A program made the translations under genes and the position numbers. Below, piece after piece: positions 10,106-23,310 of a DNA stretch of 64,000 bases. Source of the stretch: Leucoraja erinacea (Eukaryota); NCBI RefSeq assembly GCF_028641065.1, contig NC_073391.1:5456001-5520000 (forward strand), in the 5' to 3' direction. The first letter of the stretch is position 1. Each line of letters starts with the position of its first letter. Under the pieces are notes generated by a model. It saw nothing but the letters and a program-made list of their open reading frames with translations. It did not search any database and had not been told where the DNA came from.

Positions 10106-11262
10106 TACCCTAAATCCTGCCGCTATATTCACTGAAGTGTGCTGTTTGGATGGGGCCTGTTGCGGTTCCCACTGATGTGTCCCATGAATTTGTGCATAAT
10201 GTTCTGGCGTTAAGGGAATCCTCAGGAATATAGATTTCCGTACTTTTGAAAGAACACTTCAGAAGCAAGTGGTTAACAGCTATACCTCGGTAGATGCGGC
10301 AATAAACTAAACTGAAACTGCACATATTCTCATAATTGTTTCTCTCAAAACAGAAGGAAGCAATTTGGCACATCAAGTCAATGTCGACTCTCCGACCAAC
10401 CCCATCAAACCCAGACCCTGCTCATTTTCCAATAACCTATTCTCTCTCTCCCATGCCAATTAATTCCATCCTGATTCGCCACCCACCTGCACTCAGGGGT
10501 AATTTACAGTAGCCAGTTAGTCTACACACTGGAACATCATTGATTGAAGAAGGGTCTCGACCTTGAAACGTCACCCATTCCTTCTCTCCAGAGATGCTGC
10601 CTGTCCCTCTGAGTTACTCCAGCTTTTTGTGTCTATTTTCGGTTTAAATCTGCAGTTCCTTCGTACACGGGACGTCTCTGGGTAGTGGGAGGACACTGGA
10701 CCACTTGGTGGAAACCCACACGGTCCCAGGGAGAACATGCAAACTCCACACAAACAGCACCAGGATCAGGATTGAAGCCTGGTGGCAGGAACAGTGAGGC
10801 ATCTGCAATTCCTGCTGCTCTAATACCTGTCGCCCTACTGCCCTCCCAGCTTCAGTCATGTCCTTGCCTGGAACTTCAGCACCAAGCCTCATGCAATGCC
10901 AGAATATATGGTGGGGGGTGGGATCAGATAGCCAACTGCCCGACCAAACCGTTCAAACCATAATTACCTCATCGTGTGTCATAAAGATTTACAGCACCTT
11001 TGACTGCAGGAGGCAGTAGCATTGTTGCTGTGTTGATATATGCTATAGAGACTCTGCAGGTAATGCCCTCTCATTTAAAGTTAATGGCTTCGGTGTGAAC
11101 TCACTGAGCTTTGCATGATATTGCATGTCCTTTGGCTTGACTCCATTATCTGAAGCATGGACCGACACTGCCATATTCATACAGTTCAGATTACATTCCC
11201 TGCATACTTACTTCTCTAAAGATGAAAAAGTTCCATTCAAAAATGGATAAATTAAATTATAT

Positions 11263-11484
11263 GTAGACATAAATGCTGGAGAAACTCAGCGGGTGAGGCA
11301 GCATCTATGTCTGAAGAACGGTTTCGACCCGAAACGTTGCCTATTTCCTTCGCTGAGTCTGAAGAAGGGTTTCAACCCAAAATGTTCCCTATTTTCTTTG
11401 CTCCATAGATGCTGCCTCACCCGCTGAGTTTCTCCAGTATTTTTGTCTGCCTTCGATTTTCCAGCATCTGCAGTTCCGTCTTGA
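11263..11484. mobile_element. Penelope pseudo-LTR fragments in inverted arrangement with two tandem hammerhead motifs
   Basis: Arm 11263-11309 is complementary to ~11405-11450; CTGAAGA cores at 11311 and 11359. Confidence 0.72.
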
Positions 11485-11696
11485 AAATTAAATTATATGA
11501 ATGGTTTACTGAAAAGGGTCCCTAACTGGAAATCTATTATTGGCATAAGACCTGGTACCACTCAGACTAATAAACTATGATGAATTTACTAGAAATTTCT
11601 GAATTTGTTGAAGTAAACGAGAATTCTTGAATCATAAATCAGTACCCATAAAGTTAACCTACCAACCTTATTATTTGTGCTATTTATTTTTAGTGT

Positions 11697-11983
11697 GGGG
11701 GGCACGGTGGTGCAGCAGTAGAGTTGCTGCCTTACAGCGCCAGAGACCTGGCTTGTCCGTTGTTTGTACGTTCTCCCAGTGACCTGCGTGGGTTTTCCTC
11801 GAGAGCTCTAGTTTTCTCCCACACTTCAAACACGTGCAGGTTTGTAGGTTAATTGGCTTGGGAATAATTGTATATTGTCCCTAGTGTGTGTAGGATAGCA
11901 TTAATGTGATGGAATCGCTGGTCAGCATGGACTCGGTGGGCCGAAGAGCCTGTTTCCGTGCTGTATGTCTGAACTAAACTAAA
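11697..11983 (+). mobile_element. tRNA-headed V-SINE (HE1-like) with CR1-derived tail
   Basis: A-box-like head, V-domain-like core TGCGTGGGTTTTC...TTTCTCCCACAC, tail GGGCCGAAG.GCCTGTTTCCGTGCTGTA + (CTAAA)n. Confidence 0.8.
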
Positions 11984-13578
11984 GGCCGATAAATCCCCAG
12001 GGCCAGATAGGCTGCATCCCAGAGTACTTAAGGAAGTAGCTCCAGAAATAGTGGATGCATTAGTAATAATCTTTCAAAACTCTTTAGATTCTGGAGTAGT
12101 TCCTGAAGATTGGCGGGTAGCAAACGTAACCCCACTTTTTAAGAAGGGAGAGAGAGAGAAAATGGGGAATTACAGACCAGTTAGTCTAACATCGGTAGTG
12201 GGGAAACTGCTAGAGTCAGTTATTAAAGATGGGATAGCAGCACATTTGGAAAGTGGTGAAATCATTGGACAAAGTCAGCATGGATTTACGAAAGGTAAAT
12301 CATGTCTGACGAATCTTATAGAATTTTTCGAGGATGTAACTAGTAGCGTGGATAGGGGAGAACCAGTGGATGTGGTGTATCTGGACTTCCAGAAGGTTTT
12401 CGACAAGGTCCCACATAAGAGATTAGTATACAAACGTAAAGCACAAGGCATTGGAGGTTCAGTATTGATGTGGATAGAGAACTGGCTGGCAAACAGGAAG
12501 CAAAGAGTAGGAGTAAACGGGTCCTTTTCACAATGGCAGGCAGTGACTAGTGGGGTACCCCAAGGCTCAGTACTGGGACCCCAGCTATTTACAATATATA
12601 TTAATGATCTGGATGAGGGAATTGAAGGCAATATCTCCAAGTTTGCGGATGACACTAAGCTGGGGGGCAGTGTTAGCTGTGAGGAGGATGCTAGGAGACT
12701 GCAAGGTGACTTGGATAGGCTGGGTGAGTGGGCAAATGTTTGGCAGATGCAGTATAATGTGGATAAATGTGAGGTTATCCATTTTGGTGGCAAAAACGGG
12801 AAAGCAGACTATTATCTAAATGGGGGCCGATTGGGAAAGGGGAGATGCAGCGAGACCTGGGTGTCATGGTACACCAGTCATTGAAGGTAGGCATGCAGGT
12901 GCAGCAGGCAGTAAAGAAAGCGAATGGTATGTTAGCTTTCATTTCAAAAGGATTTGAGTATAGGAGCAGGGAGGTTCTACTGCAGTTGTACAGGGTCTTG
13001 GTGAGACCACACCTGGAGTATTGCGTACAGTTTTGGTCTCCAAATCTGAGGAAGGACATTATTGCCATAGAGGGAGTGCAGAGACGGTTCACCAGACTGA
13101 TTCCTGGGATGTCAGGACTGTCTTATGAAGAAAGACTGGATAGACTTGGTTTATAATCTCTAGAATTTAGAAGATTGAGAGGGGATCTTATAGAAACTTA
13201 CAAAATTCTTAAGGGGTTGGACAGGCTAGATGCAGGAAGATTGTTCCCGATGTTTGGGAAGTCCAGGACAAGGGGTCACAGCTTAAGGATAAAGGGGAAA
13301 TCCTTTAAAACCGAGATGAGAAGAACTTTTTTTCACACAGAGAGTGGTGAATCTCTGGAACTCTCTGCCACAGAGGGTAGTTGAGGCCAGTTCATTGGCT
13401 ATATTTAAGAGGGAGTTAGATGTGGCCCTTGTGGCTAAGGGGATCAGGGGGTATGGAGAGAAGGCAGGTACGGGATACTGAGTTGGATGATCAGCCATGA
13501 TCATATTGAATGGCGGTGCAGGCTCGAAGGGCCGAATGGCCTACTCCTGCACCTAATTTCTATGTTTCTATGTTTCTA
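11984..13578 (+). mobile_element. CR1 LINE, 5'-truncated, young (RT domain with frameshifts)
   Basis: ORF 12051-12884 with NYRPVSLT, YLDFQKVFDKVPH, GVPQGSVLGP, FADD; (TATGTTTC)n tail. Confidence 0.95.
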
Positions 13579-13730
13579 TCTATGTGTGAGAATCTGACAG
13601 CTGGGATGGAATGATAAGCTATTTTGGATGCAAAACATAAAGATTTGTACTTTCTACTTTCTGCCTTAACTGTGGTTTAACTTCCAAGGTAGCTATGTAT
13701 CAATGTGTAACAAAGCTATCTAATCCTCAG

Positions 13731-13863
13731 GGTTCTTGTACTATGAAGATATCCTACAAGCTGTAAGCAAAGCAGAAGCTGAAGCAGTGATTCAAATAAT
13801 CGAAGATATTGTCGATCAATGTACTCATGATGCCAAGGTGACTTTAACAGGAGGATTCAGAAG
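13731..13863 (+). CDS. DNTT: Terminal deoxynucleotidyl transferase internal exon (133 nt; probably equivalent to mammalian exon 7)
   Basis: ctaatcctcag acceptor, AG|gtggg donor; phase-compatible with 1288-1411; translates (G)FLYYEDILQAVSKAEAEAVIQIIEDIVDQCTHDAKVTLTGGFRR, reaching the PolX GGFRRG signature. Confidence 0.95.
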
Positions 13864-14024
13864 GTGGGTAAAATGGAGAGAATCTATCATGTTCTAACAC
13901 ATTATTTTAATATGTACTGTGGTTAAGAATGCTACTTCCAGCTGTTGAAAGTCATTTGTATGAAGATGGAACAAGGAAGCTGAGAGTCATTTGAAAGGCC
14001 AGTGTTTCTCATGTACTTGTGTTA

Positions 14025-14302
14025 TCACCTTCCCCACAGTCAACGATGGACCATTGTGGGCTCAAACTTGCCCTGGTCATCTGGCTGGCTTCGATATGTT
14101 CTTTTCATATTTTTCATTCTTTTGTTCTTTGTACCTTTTCGTACCTCTAGTTTCCCTCTCCCCCGACCCTCAGTCTGAAGAGGGATCTCGACCCGAAACG
14201 TCACCTTTTCCTTTTCTCCAGAGATGCTGCCTGTCCCACTGAAGTATTCCAGCATTTTGTGTCTATCTTTGGTATAAACCAGCACCTGCAGTTCCTTCCT
14301 AC
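14025..14302 (+). mobile_element. Penelope-like pseudo-LTR with hammerhead motif (core at 14175)
   Basis: Similarity to the other copies; CTGAAGA...GAAACGTC. Confidence 0.7.
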
Positions 14303-15071
14303 CCTGATTGATCATGTAATTGCCTGTTTGTTGATGTGCATTCTGAAATAATGATTGCATTTTATTATTTTTCAAGTGTTTTAAGAGTATTATTTGTTCT
14401 GATTTGCTTCTTATTTTTGGAATGTATATTTGAATGCCACATTTTAATTTCAGCAGCTGGCTGTTTTGCATTCTTAGGAATAATTAGGAACCTCAGTGAC
14501 ACTGAGGACATTTCAGGTCATGTGTAAAGTCTGAACTAGGCAGAGGAGATTAGCTGCTCTGATGTTTCTGGATATTCTGGGTGGTGGACTCATCCACCTA
14601 TTGTGACCTGGAATTTGCTCTGATATTTCTGAGTCTTGGTGTCATCCATTAATGACCAGAGATTCTGGGTCAAATCCAGGAATTTCCCATGTACATCTTT
14701 TGGATTGGAGCTACTTTGCAGTAAGATGTGATGCTTTTCATTGGTATCATGCTTGTACACTGTATGCAGACCCATAACTACATAGCATTGTTGTCTTTCA
14801 TAAATGGGCTAAATGTTCCTGTCCATATCATTTCAAAATTACTTTTCTTATTATCCACAACGGGATTATTTCTAAAAAACCCTACAAAGTGCTGGAGTAA
14901 TTTAACAGGTCAGTCAGCATCCCCGGAGAACATGAGCAGAAGAAGGGTCCCGACCCGAAACATCACCTCTCCATGTTCTCCAGAGATGCTGCCTGACCTG
15001 TTGAGTTACTCCAGTACTGTGTCTTATTTTGTAAACCAGCATCTGCCTACAAGCATCTGCTTACATCTGTT

Positions 15072-15410
15072 TATAAGAATGATCCCAAGAATGAGTAGGT
15101 TAACCTATGATGAGTGTTTGTCGGCATTGGGCCTGTACTCGCTTGGGTTTAGAAGAATGAGGGGGAACCTCATTGAAACGTACAGAAAAGTGAAAGGCTT
15201 GGTTAGAGTGGATGTGGAGAGGATGTTTCCATTAGTGGAAGAGTTTAGGACTAGAGGTCATAGCTTCAGAATTAAAGGATGTTATTTTAGGAAGGAGATG
15301 AGGAGAAATTTATTTAGTGAGAGGGTGGTGAATGTGGAATTCTTTGCCGCAGAAGGCTGTGGAGGCCAAGTCAGTGGATTAACGCAGAGATAGATAGATT
15401 CTTGATTAGA
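15072..15410 (+). mobile_element. CR1 LINE fragment
   Basis: RMIPRMSRLTYDECLSALGLYSL...RTRGHS motifs. Confidence 0.8.
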
Positions 15411-17094
15411 ACTTCATTGTTATTGTACAATTTACAGTGTAACAGAGTTTTATGTTTTACACTGCGTAAATAATCATAATCATAATCATAACAGTAATTT
15501 ATTAGCCAAGTATGTTTTGCAACATACACAAGGAATTTGATTTGCCGTACAGTCACATCAATAAAGAGCAACAAGACAGCCAAATGCATTTTTAACATGA
15601 ACATCCACCACAGCCGAACATCCACCACAAATGGAAAAAATATTCAGGCTTTCATAGCTTAAACTTTACATTAATTAAAATACTTCAGCATTTAAATTCA
15701 TCACATTTCATACATTAAATAATTCCCTTTATTTTTGAGCATATGTTGATTTATTTTTGAGAGGAGGATTCCCATGTTTTTAGTGAGCCCAGTATGTCAG
15801 GGTTGTAGATATAAGCAAAATGCATCAAGGTAAATAATGCAACACTTGGATATTGGATCATATTTCTAGTTTATAATGGTGTGAATTACATAGTAGATTT
15901 ATGTTAACACCACCATTTGGATCCAGCACCAAGCAGTGATATCATATAAAATGACCGGCACTGTTATAAATGCAGTTTATTGAAAGCTTCACTATTAATC
16001 ATCAATAGTACAACATTTCACCTTCATTTACATTATACAATGAAAGGAGTTAAAAGGGTCATGCAGTGGCTGGTATTCCTGTTTCAACAGCTTCAGGGAT
16101 CAGATACAGACTGCAAGGAAATATCCCAGTAACTGTGTTTGGCTTCCTCTGGGTGCTCCGGTTTCATCCCATATTCCAAAGGTTGATATAGTTGGTTACT
16201 ACGGATTATGTTTTGGTATAGATCAGTAAAAAAGAGGTACTGATGGGGGTGTGGGATGGAATATGTTTCAAGGCTACAGGGAAATAAGGAAGGGAGGGGA
16301 GGTGGAGGATGGAACAGATTGACTTTCTCTGCTGAAAGCTAGCATGGACACAACAGACTTTATGGCCTCATTTGTGTTGCAGCGAATACATTGAAACTGT
16401 TGAAATATTAGCAGGTATCCCAGGGAATTCTGTCTAGACCAATGCGTCAGTGAAAGCAATCATGAACTGGCAGCACCAAATTAAATAACCTCATCCTTTT
16501 GAGAGGTGAGAAGATCTGTACCATGTAGGTAAGCATCAGAACATCTACACTACACATTTTTAATGTACAAAGACCAACAAAAGAGGAAGAGTCCCGACCC
16601 AGAATGTGACCTATCCATTTTCTCCAGAGATGTTGTCTGACCCATTGAGTTACTCCAACATTTTGTGTCTATCCAACTAAAAAGGCATTGTTTTGGTATG
16701 TGATATTGTTTTAAGTTCCGACCATCTTCACTCTCTTGGCTCACTGACCTGGACCTTTTCTTTCTCCTCCTTCTCTTCTTTCCCCATCACAAATCCTCCC
16801 TCTCCTAAGCACAAAGAGGAAGGATGTAAGTATAAAATAAATATGAAATTGTATTCCAGAAAGAATCATTCCTTGGCTAGAAGATGTAAATAATTTACAA
16901 TACCTTGATTTCTGTTCACAGCTTTTTCAGTAGTTTAGGACTTGTGGTTCTATCACTTTAGCGTCATGGGTAAATAACACGAGGCAGGGTCTTACACGAT
17001 TAATACGATGAAGAATTTGCTGGTTAATTTACATCACTATTTCTATCATGGATTGTGTGTATTCTTCAAGAACTGTAACTGAAACAACTAGATA

Positions 17095-17679
17095 CTTAGA
17101 GACATAGAGAGATGCAGCGTGGAAACAGGCCCTTCGGCCCAACTTGCTGCACACCAGCCAACACGTCCCAGCTACACTAGTACAACCTTCCCGTGTTTGG
17201 TCCATATCCCTCCAAACTTGTCCTATCCATGTACCTCTCTAACTGTTTCTTAAATGTTGGGATAGTCCCAGCTGCAACTACCTCCTCTGGTAGCTTGTTC
17301 CACCCACTGAGTGAAAAATTTACCCCACAGATTCCTATTAAATCTTTTCCCCTTCACCTTAAACCTATGTCCTCTGGTCCTCGATTCATCTACTCTGGGC
17401 AAGAGACTCTGTGCATCTCCTTGATCTATTCCTCTCAACATATTATACACCTCCATAAGATCACCCCTCATCCTCCTGTGTTCCAAGAAATAGAGTCCCA
17501 GCCTACTCAACCTCTCCCTATAGCTCAGACCCTTTAGACCTGGCAACATCCTTGTACATTATCTCTGTACCCTTTCCAGTTTGACAACATCTTTCCTAGA
17601 ACACGGTGCCCAGAAATGAACACTATACTCTAACCGCGGCCTCACCAACGTCTTATACAACTGCAACATGGCCTCCCAG
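17095..17679 (-). mobile_element. CR1 LINE 3' fragment (third subfamily)
   Basis: LPGLKGLSYRERLSRLGL...SRTRGHRFK; related pieces at 34700-34980, 47945-48270, 50725-51322. Confidence 0.85.
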
Positions 17680-19083
17680 CAGATGCTAGTTTAAACCGAA
17701 GATAGACACAAAATGCTGGAGTAACTCAGCGGGCCAGGCAACATCTCTGACTTTAAAGAATGGGTGATATTTCGGGTCGAGACCCTTCTTCAGACCTTCC
17801 TGAATTTTACCGATTCTCATCAGTTTATTTTTCTCCTCCTTGCAAAGTTTTCAGCTCCAGCTGTTTAAGGCCGGATCATATGGTAAAATAACTCCCTAAA
17901 TTGAATGAGAATATCCTTAAAACATTTATGAGTAAAATTTCCTTTGACAATAAGAGTTTGTTGATGCTGCCTTCAAAATGGTGTGTGTGTGTGTGGGTGT
18001 GTGCACAGTTTTGCTGCTGACAGTATAATGTAGAATAACACATATAGTGGGTCTGAAATGTAGTGGGGCACTGCTGACTAATGAGGCCTGGCAAAGGCTA
18101 CAGGCACAGAACAACAGCATCTATGAAAAGACTCATGGAATTAGCAGGATCATTATTTTTCATGCCAGTGGGCATTTTGGAGCAGTACCTCAGATGGCTG
18201 AGCTCACCAGCAGCACCTTAGCAAATAGCCTTCCAGAATCCTCATTATCTGCTGCATGCTGCAAAACTTTGTTATCCCAAGACCTCAACTCAAGGCAATA
18301 TCAGAATGGAAGTGCAGAGCAAGAGGATGCAGCTGCGGTTACACATAGGAAGCCAGGAGAATTAATGTACCACCACTCAACCTGATGCATTCAATTTACT
18401 GTAAGTTCCCCTTTAAACAACAGTGTGCAACTCAGAAAGAGTAGGCAGGAAATCATAGTTCCCTTGGTGCATCCCCGTTTTGTCTCTAATACACAGAAGC
18501 ATGCATACATATGTTACTCAACAGTGCTTCCTCCTCAGTATTTTGTAACATGTAATTCCCAATCTGTGGGCAGCCAGTGGAAAGAGTATGTGTGTTGTCA
18601 TGCTTCAAGGTTTAAGTGAGAACTGGCTGTAATTCAAGAGGGAAATTAAATACTGAAAACATTGCAGCTGGAACAAAGGAGTGAGCTTGTGTGTGGATTC
18701 TTGAAACGGGTTGGAGAATGGAACGTTTCTGTATTCGGAATATGTTAAACAATGGTATCTTTGGAGAGGAGGAGGAATCGACAGCAAAGTTTCCTACAGC
18801 ACCACAGTTATTCCCGGAGCTGAAAGCACCAGGATCCATTAGAAATGTGTAGGCAGGGTCTGCAGATGCTGGTTTAAACCGAATATAAACACAAAAAGCT
18901 GGAGTAACTCAGCAGGACAGGCAGCATCTCTGGAGAGAAGGAAGGCATAGGTGATGTTTTGGGTCAAGACCCTTCTTTAGTCTGAAGAAGGGCCTCAATC
19001 CTTCTCTCCAGAGATGTTGCCTGTCCCACTGAGTTACTCCAGCTTTTTCTGTCTATCTTAGGATCCATTAGAAGCTGGATCAG

Positions 19084-19755
19084 TGTCACAGTCTGCCCTC
19101 TCCTCATTCTCATCCACTTAACCTCCCAGTACTTTTCCACCGGTCCCACCTTCTCCTCGCCTGCCTGCCACTCCCCTCTCATCAGCCCAACTCTCCTCAC
19201 CTGTTGCACTCAGTTGCCTCTGATCACCTATTAACCCGGTATATAGACTCTCCTCACCGTTCACACAGTGCCAGATTGTTCTCAGCATTCATGCAAGACT
19301 CCAGCGATTTCCCGACTGCCTACACGGATTCGAACCTGCCTGCCCCTGACCATTCCGTCTTGTCGTCTTCCCGGATATCACCTCAGCCTTCTGTCCCCGA
19401 CCACGGCCTTCGTCCCGTACCTCCTGGTTTCTGTCTGCCTCTCTCCTGGGCTGTTTGGTGTATCCCTGCAACGGCTCCTCGACTTCCTGCTTGGCTTCGA
19501 CTCTCCTTTCGTCTGTCCCTCACTGGTTTGTTTGCGTCGTGTGTTGGATCTCCTGGTTACCGGACCTTCCGCTACCCCGACTACGTCTCCTGCCTGCCCC
19601 TCTTCGGAACCCTCGCTCAATCCTGAGCCTCTGTGTGAGTACGGTGTACCCATTCCTGTGTTACTACTCTGTGTTACAGTATCGTAATTAAGTTCATTAC
19701 CAAATATACCTGCCTGATTCTGTACTGCTATTGGGTCCAAGCTATACCCGTTACA
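19084..19755 (+). mobile_element. Solo LTR (Gypsy/BEL-type), 672 bp
   Basis: TGTCAC...GTTACA termini, perfect 5-bp TSD ATCAG (19079-19083, 19756-19760), TATA-like TATATAG near 19240; strand is tentative. Confidence 0.88.
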
Positions 19756-21104
19756 ATCAGGAATGATAGGGATATGTTGCCTTGGCAACCAGTACAATTT
19801 CTAGCACCTCATAGACTGCCACAAAAAGTTTAATGAGGTCACAATATTGACTAAAGTAAATGGAGACTCGGTTCTGTGTTCACAGCCTGAGTGACTGATC
19901 AGAGCATGATTCAGTCTCTTGCATGTTGTACTAATAACTGTCTGACAATCATTTTGTATGATGTGTGTAACTGATATAAATTCACATCATAAACATTCAC
20001 GTCTTGGCCAGCTAGAAACATCAGTGCAATGCATAGTAATTGCTAACTAATTTTATGATTTATTCCAGAAAGGGAGAAAATTGAAATTATTTTGAATGTA
20101 TTATCTGAGTCACCATCTTTTTTTTAAAATCTATTAATAAGTGCAGAAGTCACAGAACAGCTGTGGGGTGTGTAGATCCAGAAAAGGTTGGAAAGTATAG
20201 TTCTGCATAAGCATCCCTCACATACACATGGACACAATCAACAGCAGAACTTCCAGTCATTAGAGACGAGCAACCATTTTGAGCCATGACTTACAGAAGC
20301 GTAGAATATATAGGGAGCAGTCAGCAGACTTTTCCAACAACAATGAACTAACTTTTATGAGCAGTTCGTGGATGTTTCAGAACATTGTTATATCTGAAAT
20401 TATATCAATAATATAATATATAATTCCAGGCGCTCCAGTTATCTCCCACAAGCCAAGGATGTGTGGGTTTGTAGGTTAATTGGCCTCTGTATATTGGCCT
20501 GATGTGTAGGGAGTGGACGAGAAAGTCTGATAACAGAGATGTGTTAACCCTAACAGGTTGATCGATAGCGGATCTTGTGGGCCAAAGGACCAGTTTCCAT
20601 GCTGTATCTCTAAAACTAAAAAAATAAAATTTCTATTGATTAAAAATAATAACACTGGATGAACTGGTAGTCTGAAATAAAAATAGAACATGCTGGAAAT
20701 ACCCAGCATCTGAGGAGAGAAAAAACACAGTTAACCTTTCAAGTTGATGACCTTTTGAGTTGTGACAAAAGGTTTTCATTCTAAAATTCAAATTCCATTA
20801 CTCACAACACAATGTTACCTGACCTGCTGAGTATTTCCAGCCCTGTCAACATTTACAAAAAACACATTGCTGGAGGAATGCAGCAGGTCAGGCAAGAAAA
20901 TGGACAGACATTTCTTTGAGAATGAGAGGAAGGGGAAAGGGAAACGAGGGATATAGACGGTGATGTAGAGAAATATAGAACAAATAAATGAAATGTATAC
21001 AAAAATGTAACAATGATAAAAGAAACAGACCATTGTTGTTCGCTGTGTACAAGGTGAGAACGAGTACAGACAATGCAAACGCATTCATTCCCATTCCCAA
21101 TCCC

Positions 21105-21495
21105 ACACTGACCTTTCTGTCCTAGGCCTCCTCCATGGTCCATTGCCAAATGAAAATTGGAGGAACAGCATCTTATATTTTTCGCTTGGGCAGCTTAGAG
21201 CCCAGTGGTATGATTCTTGATTTCTCTAACTTCAAGTAACCCTTGCACGCCCTCTCCCCACCAAGGTTGTGCCAGCTTCAAAGTCGTCTTATTGCGTCTC
21301 ATTGGCAGAAAAGTCAGTGTGGGAATGGGAGGGGGTATTAAAGTTGGCAACTGATTGTCTGTACTCGTCTTCACCTAGTTACACAGCTAACAATGGCCTG
21401 TTTCCTTCGTCATCCTCACTTTTTTGCATATCTTTCAGTCATTTGTTCTATTTCTCTACATCATCACCTATATCTCGCGTTTCCCTTTGCCCTGG
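21105..21495 (+). mobile_element. Penelope-like element: GIY-YIG endonuclease C-terminus plus start of pseudo-LTR
   Basis: KLEEQHLIF/RLGSLEPSGMILDFSNFK* (one frameshift); an inverted pLTR piece precedes it at ~20860-21080. Confidence 0.75.
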
Positions 21496-22049
21496 CGCTG
21501 TCTCCTCCCCTTCCTCAGCCCTCGGGGTGTCTCCACCCTAGATTTGTACCTGGCTGCACAGTGATGGGTGTACAAGGAGTAAAGATGGGAGCTGAGAACG
21601 CATCCTTGCAGTGCACTAGTGGATTATTGTGGAGGATGAATTGTCATCTAACCTCACTGATTGGGGTCTGTTGGTCAGGAAGTCGAGGATCCAGTTGCAG
21701 AGATGAGAGCTGACTCTAAGTCCCATGAGTATGGTATAATGGTGAATAAAGAGCTGTAGTCTCTGAAGTATGTGCCTCTCTTCTTCAGGTGTTCCAGGGA
21801 TGAGTGTAGAGACAGGGCAAAGGCATTGTCCGTGGACCCGTTGTGGTGGTTGGTGAACTGCAGTGGGTCATGGGCATTGGGTAGACTGGATTTAATGTGT
21901 TCCATAACCAGCCTCTCAAAACATTTCATGTCAAAGCCACTGGACGGTCATTGTTTAGGCATGAGTTCTTGCCTTTCTTTGGCACTGGGATGATTGTGGT
22001 CTTCTTGAAGCAGGTGGGTACCTTCGAACGGAGTAGGGAGAAATTAAAG

Positions 22050-23149
22050 TAGCAATGTAACAACATTTTGAGATTTTAAAAATCAACTGCAATTTATCGC
22101 ATCAGAGAATGCATAAAAAGAAGTTTAATTTGGCACCTAATTCACTTTCATATCTTCAGTATTAAACAAGATATGGCCATTTTCATAATCTTGTTCCCTT
22201 TTGCTTTTCCCTTGACGCCGTACGTCACGCGCGAACTTCCCGCGGACTTCGCTTGAACTTCACATCGCTCGACCTCCGCGTGGCCCCCGCTTCCGGTTTG
22301 GTTGCGCTCGCCGCATGCTGGTTGTACCGGCCCTGTACGGTGATCACTCGACCTCCGCGCGGCCCCCGCTTCCGGTTTGGTTCATGGGACAGGCCCTTAA
22401 GTATCCAAATAACAAACTAATCCCATTCACACAAGAATTCACAATATAACATGATTTTTAAATCTCACTGTCATGAACATATGCCAGATGGAAGGGATTT
22501 AATGTTTAATTCCCATAAACAAATCTAGAAACTTCCACTTTCAAAATGATCACAATTATTATTTTTTTGCACAATAAATGTGGCTCAAGCTGTTGTGTAT
22601 ATTTCGTATAAAAATATTGATTATGGATGGACTATTCACAAAATATAGACGATTTAGATGCTCTTATGACATGATTGTCCAATAAAAAGAATTTTAATCA
22701 TCTTGCGTGATAAATAAATAAATGTTGTATTGAGTGGGTGTTTCTGGAACGCGATCGATTGGAATGTTGCGGTTGCGGTGAATTTGACCCCAATATAGGC
22801 AAGAAAGACACTGCCGGTTCGTGTGGGGCCCAAATCACATTTTCGCAACGTAAAATTAGATTAAAGCCACCCCAAGAAGCAAGATTATATGTAAAATAGA
22901 CGACTTACCCTTTCTTTTGTCCTCGTATTGCGATCCGTGACGCTGCAGGTGTGGAGGACTTTTGAAGTCGCATTTTAAACTATTAAATTCTACAACGATT
23001 TAAAAAAAAAAACAGGGTAGTCAGATCGGTTTTTCTTCATCGACTCGCAGCCCGAGAAAATCTCGCTCTGATAAGCGATACAAACATACATTTTATCCCC
23101 CCCCCCCCCCCCCCCCCCCCCGCTGAATGTAGGTTTTGTAACATCGCTA
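22050..23149. mobile_element. Non-autonomous TIR DNA transposon (hAT- or P-like) containing a Harbinger MITE fragment (~22212-22398)
   Basis: Imperfect TIR TAGCAATGTAACAA / TTGTAACATCGCTA; target duplication ATTAAAG on both sides. Confidence 0.8.
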
Positions 23150-23310
23150 ATTAAAGATGTCCGCCAATACTCCCACTAACTGGTCTGTGCAGCTGCTAAT
23201 CACACGACCAGGAACTCTGCCTGGGACAGTTGCTTTCCGTGGGTTTTCCCTCGGGAAGGTCAATCTGACCTTTGCTACAGTCACCCTGGGAAGAGGCCCA
23301 CTGGAATCTG

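Noticed and set aside
1288-13863. POLM instead of DNTT
   Set aside because: LFTSVFG, FTKMQ.AGFLYYED and AEAEAV match TdT better than Pol mu; small residual uncertainty remains.
18047-18839. ORFs in unique intronic sequence
   Set aside because: No homology, splice context or PolX motifs recognised.
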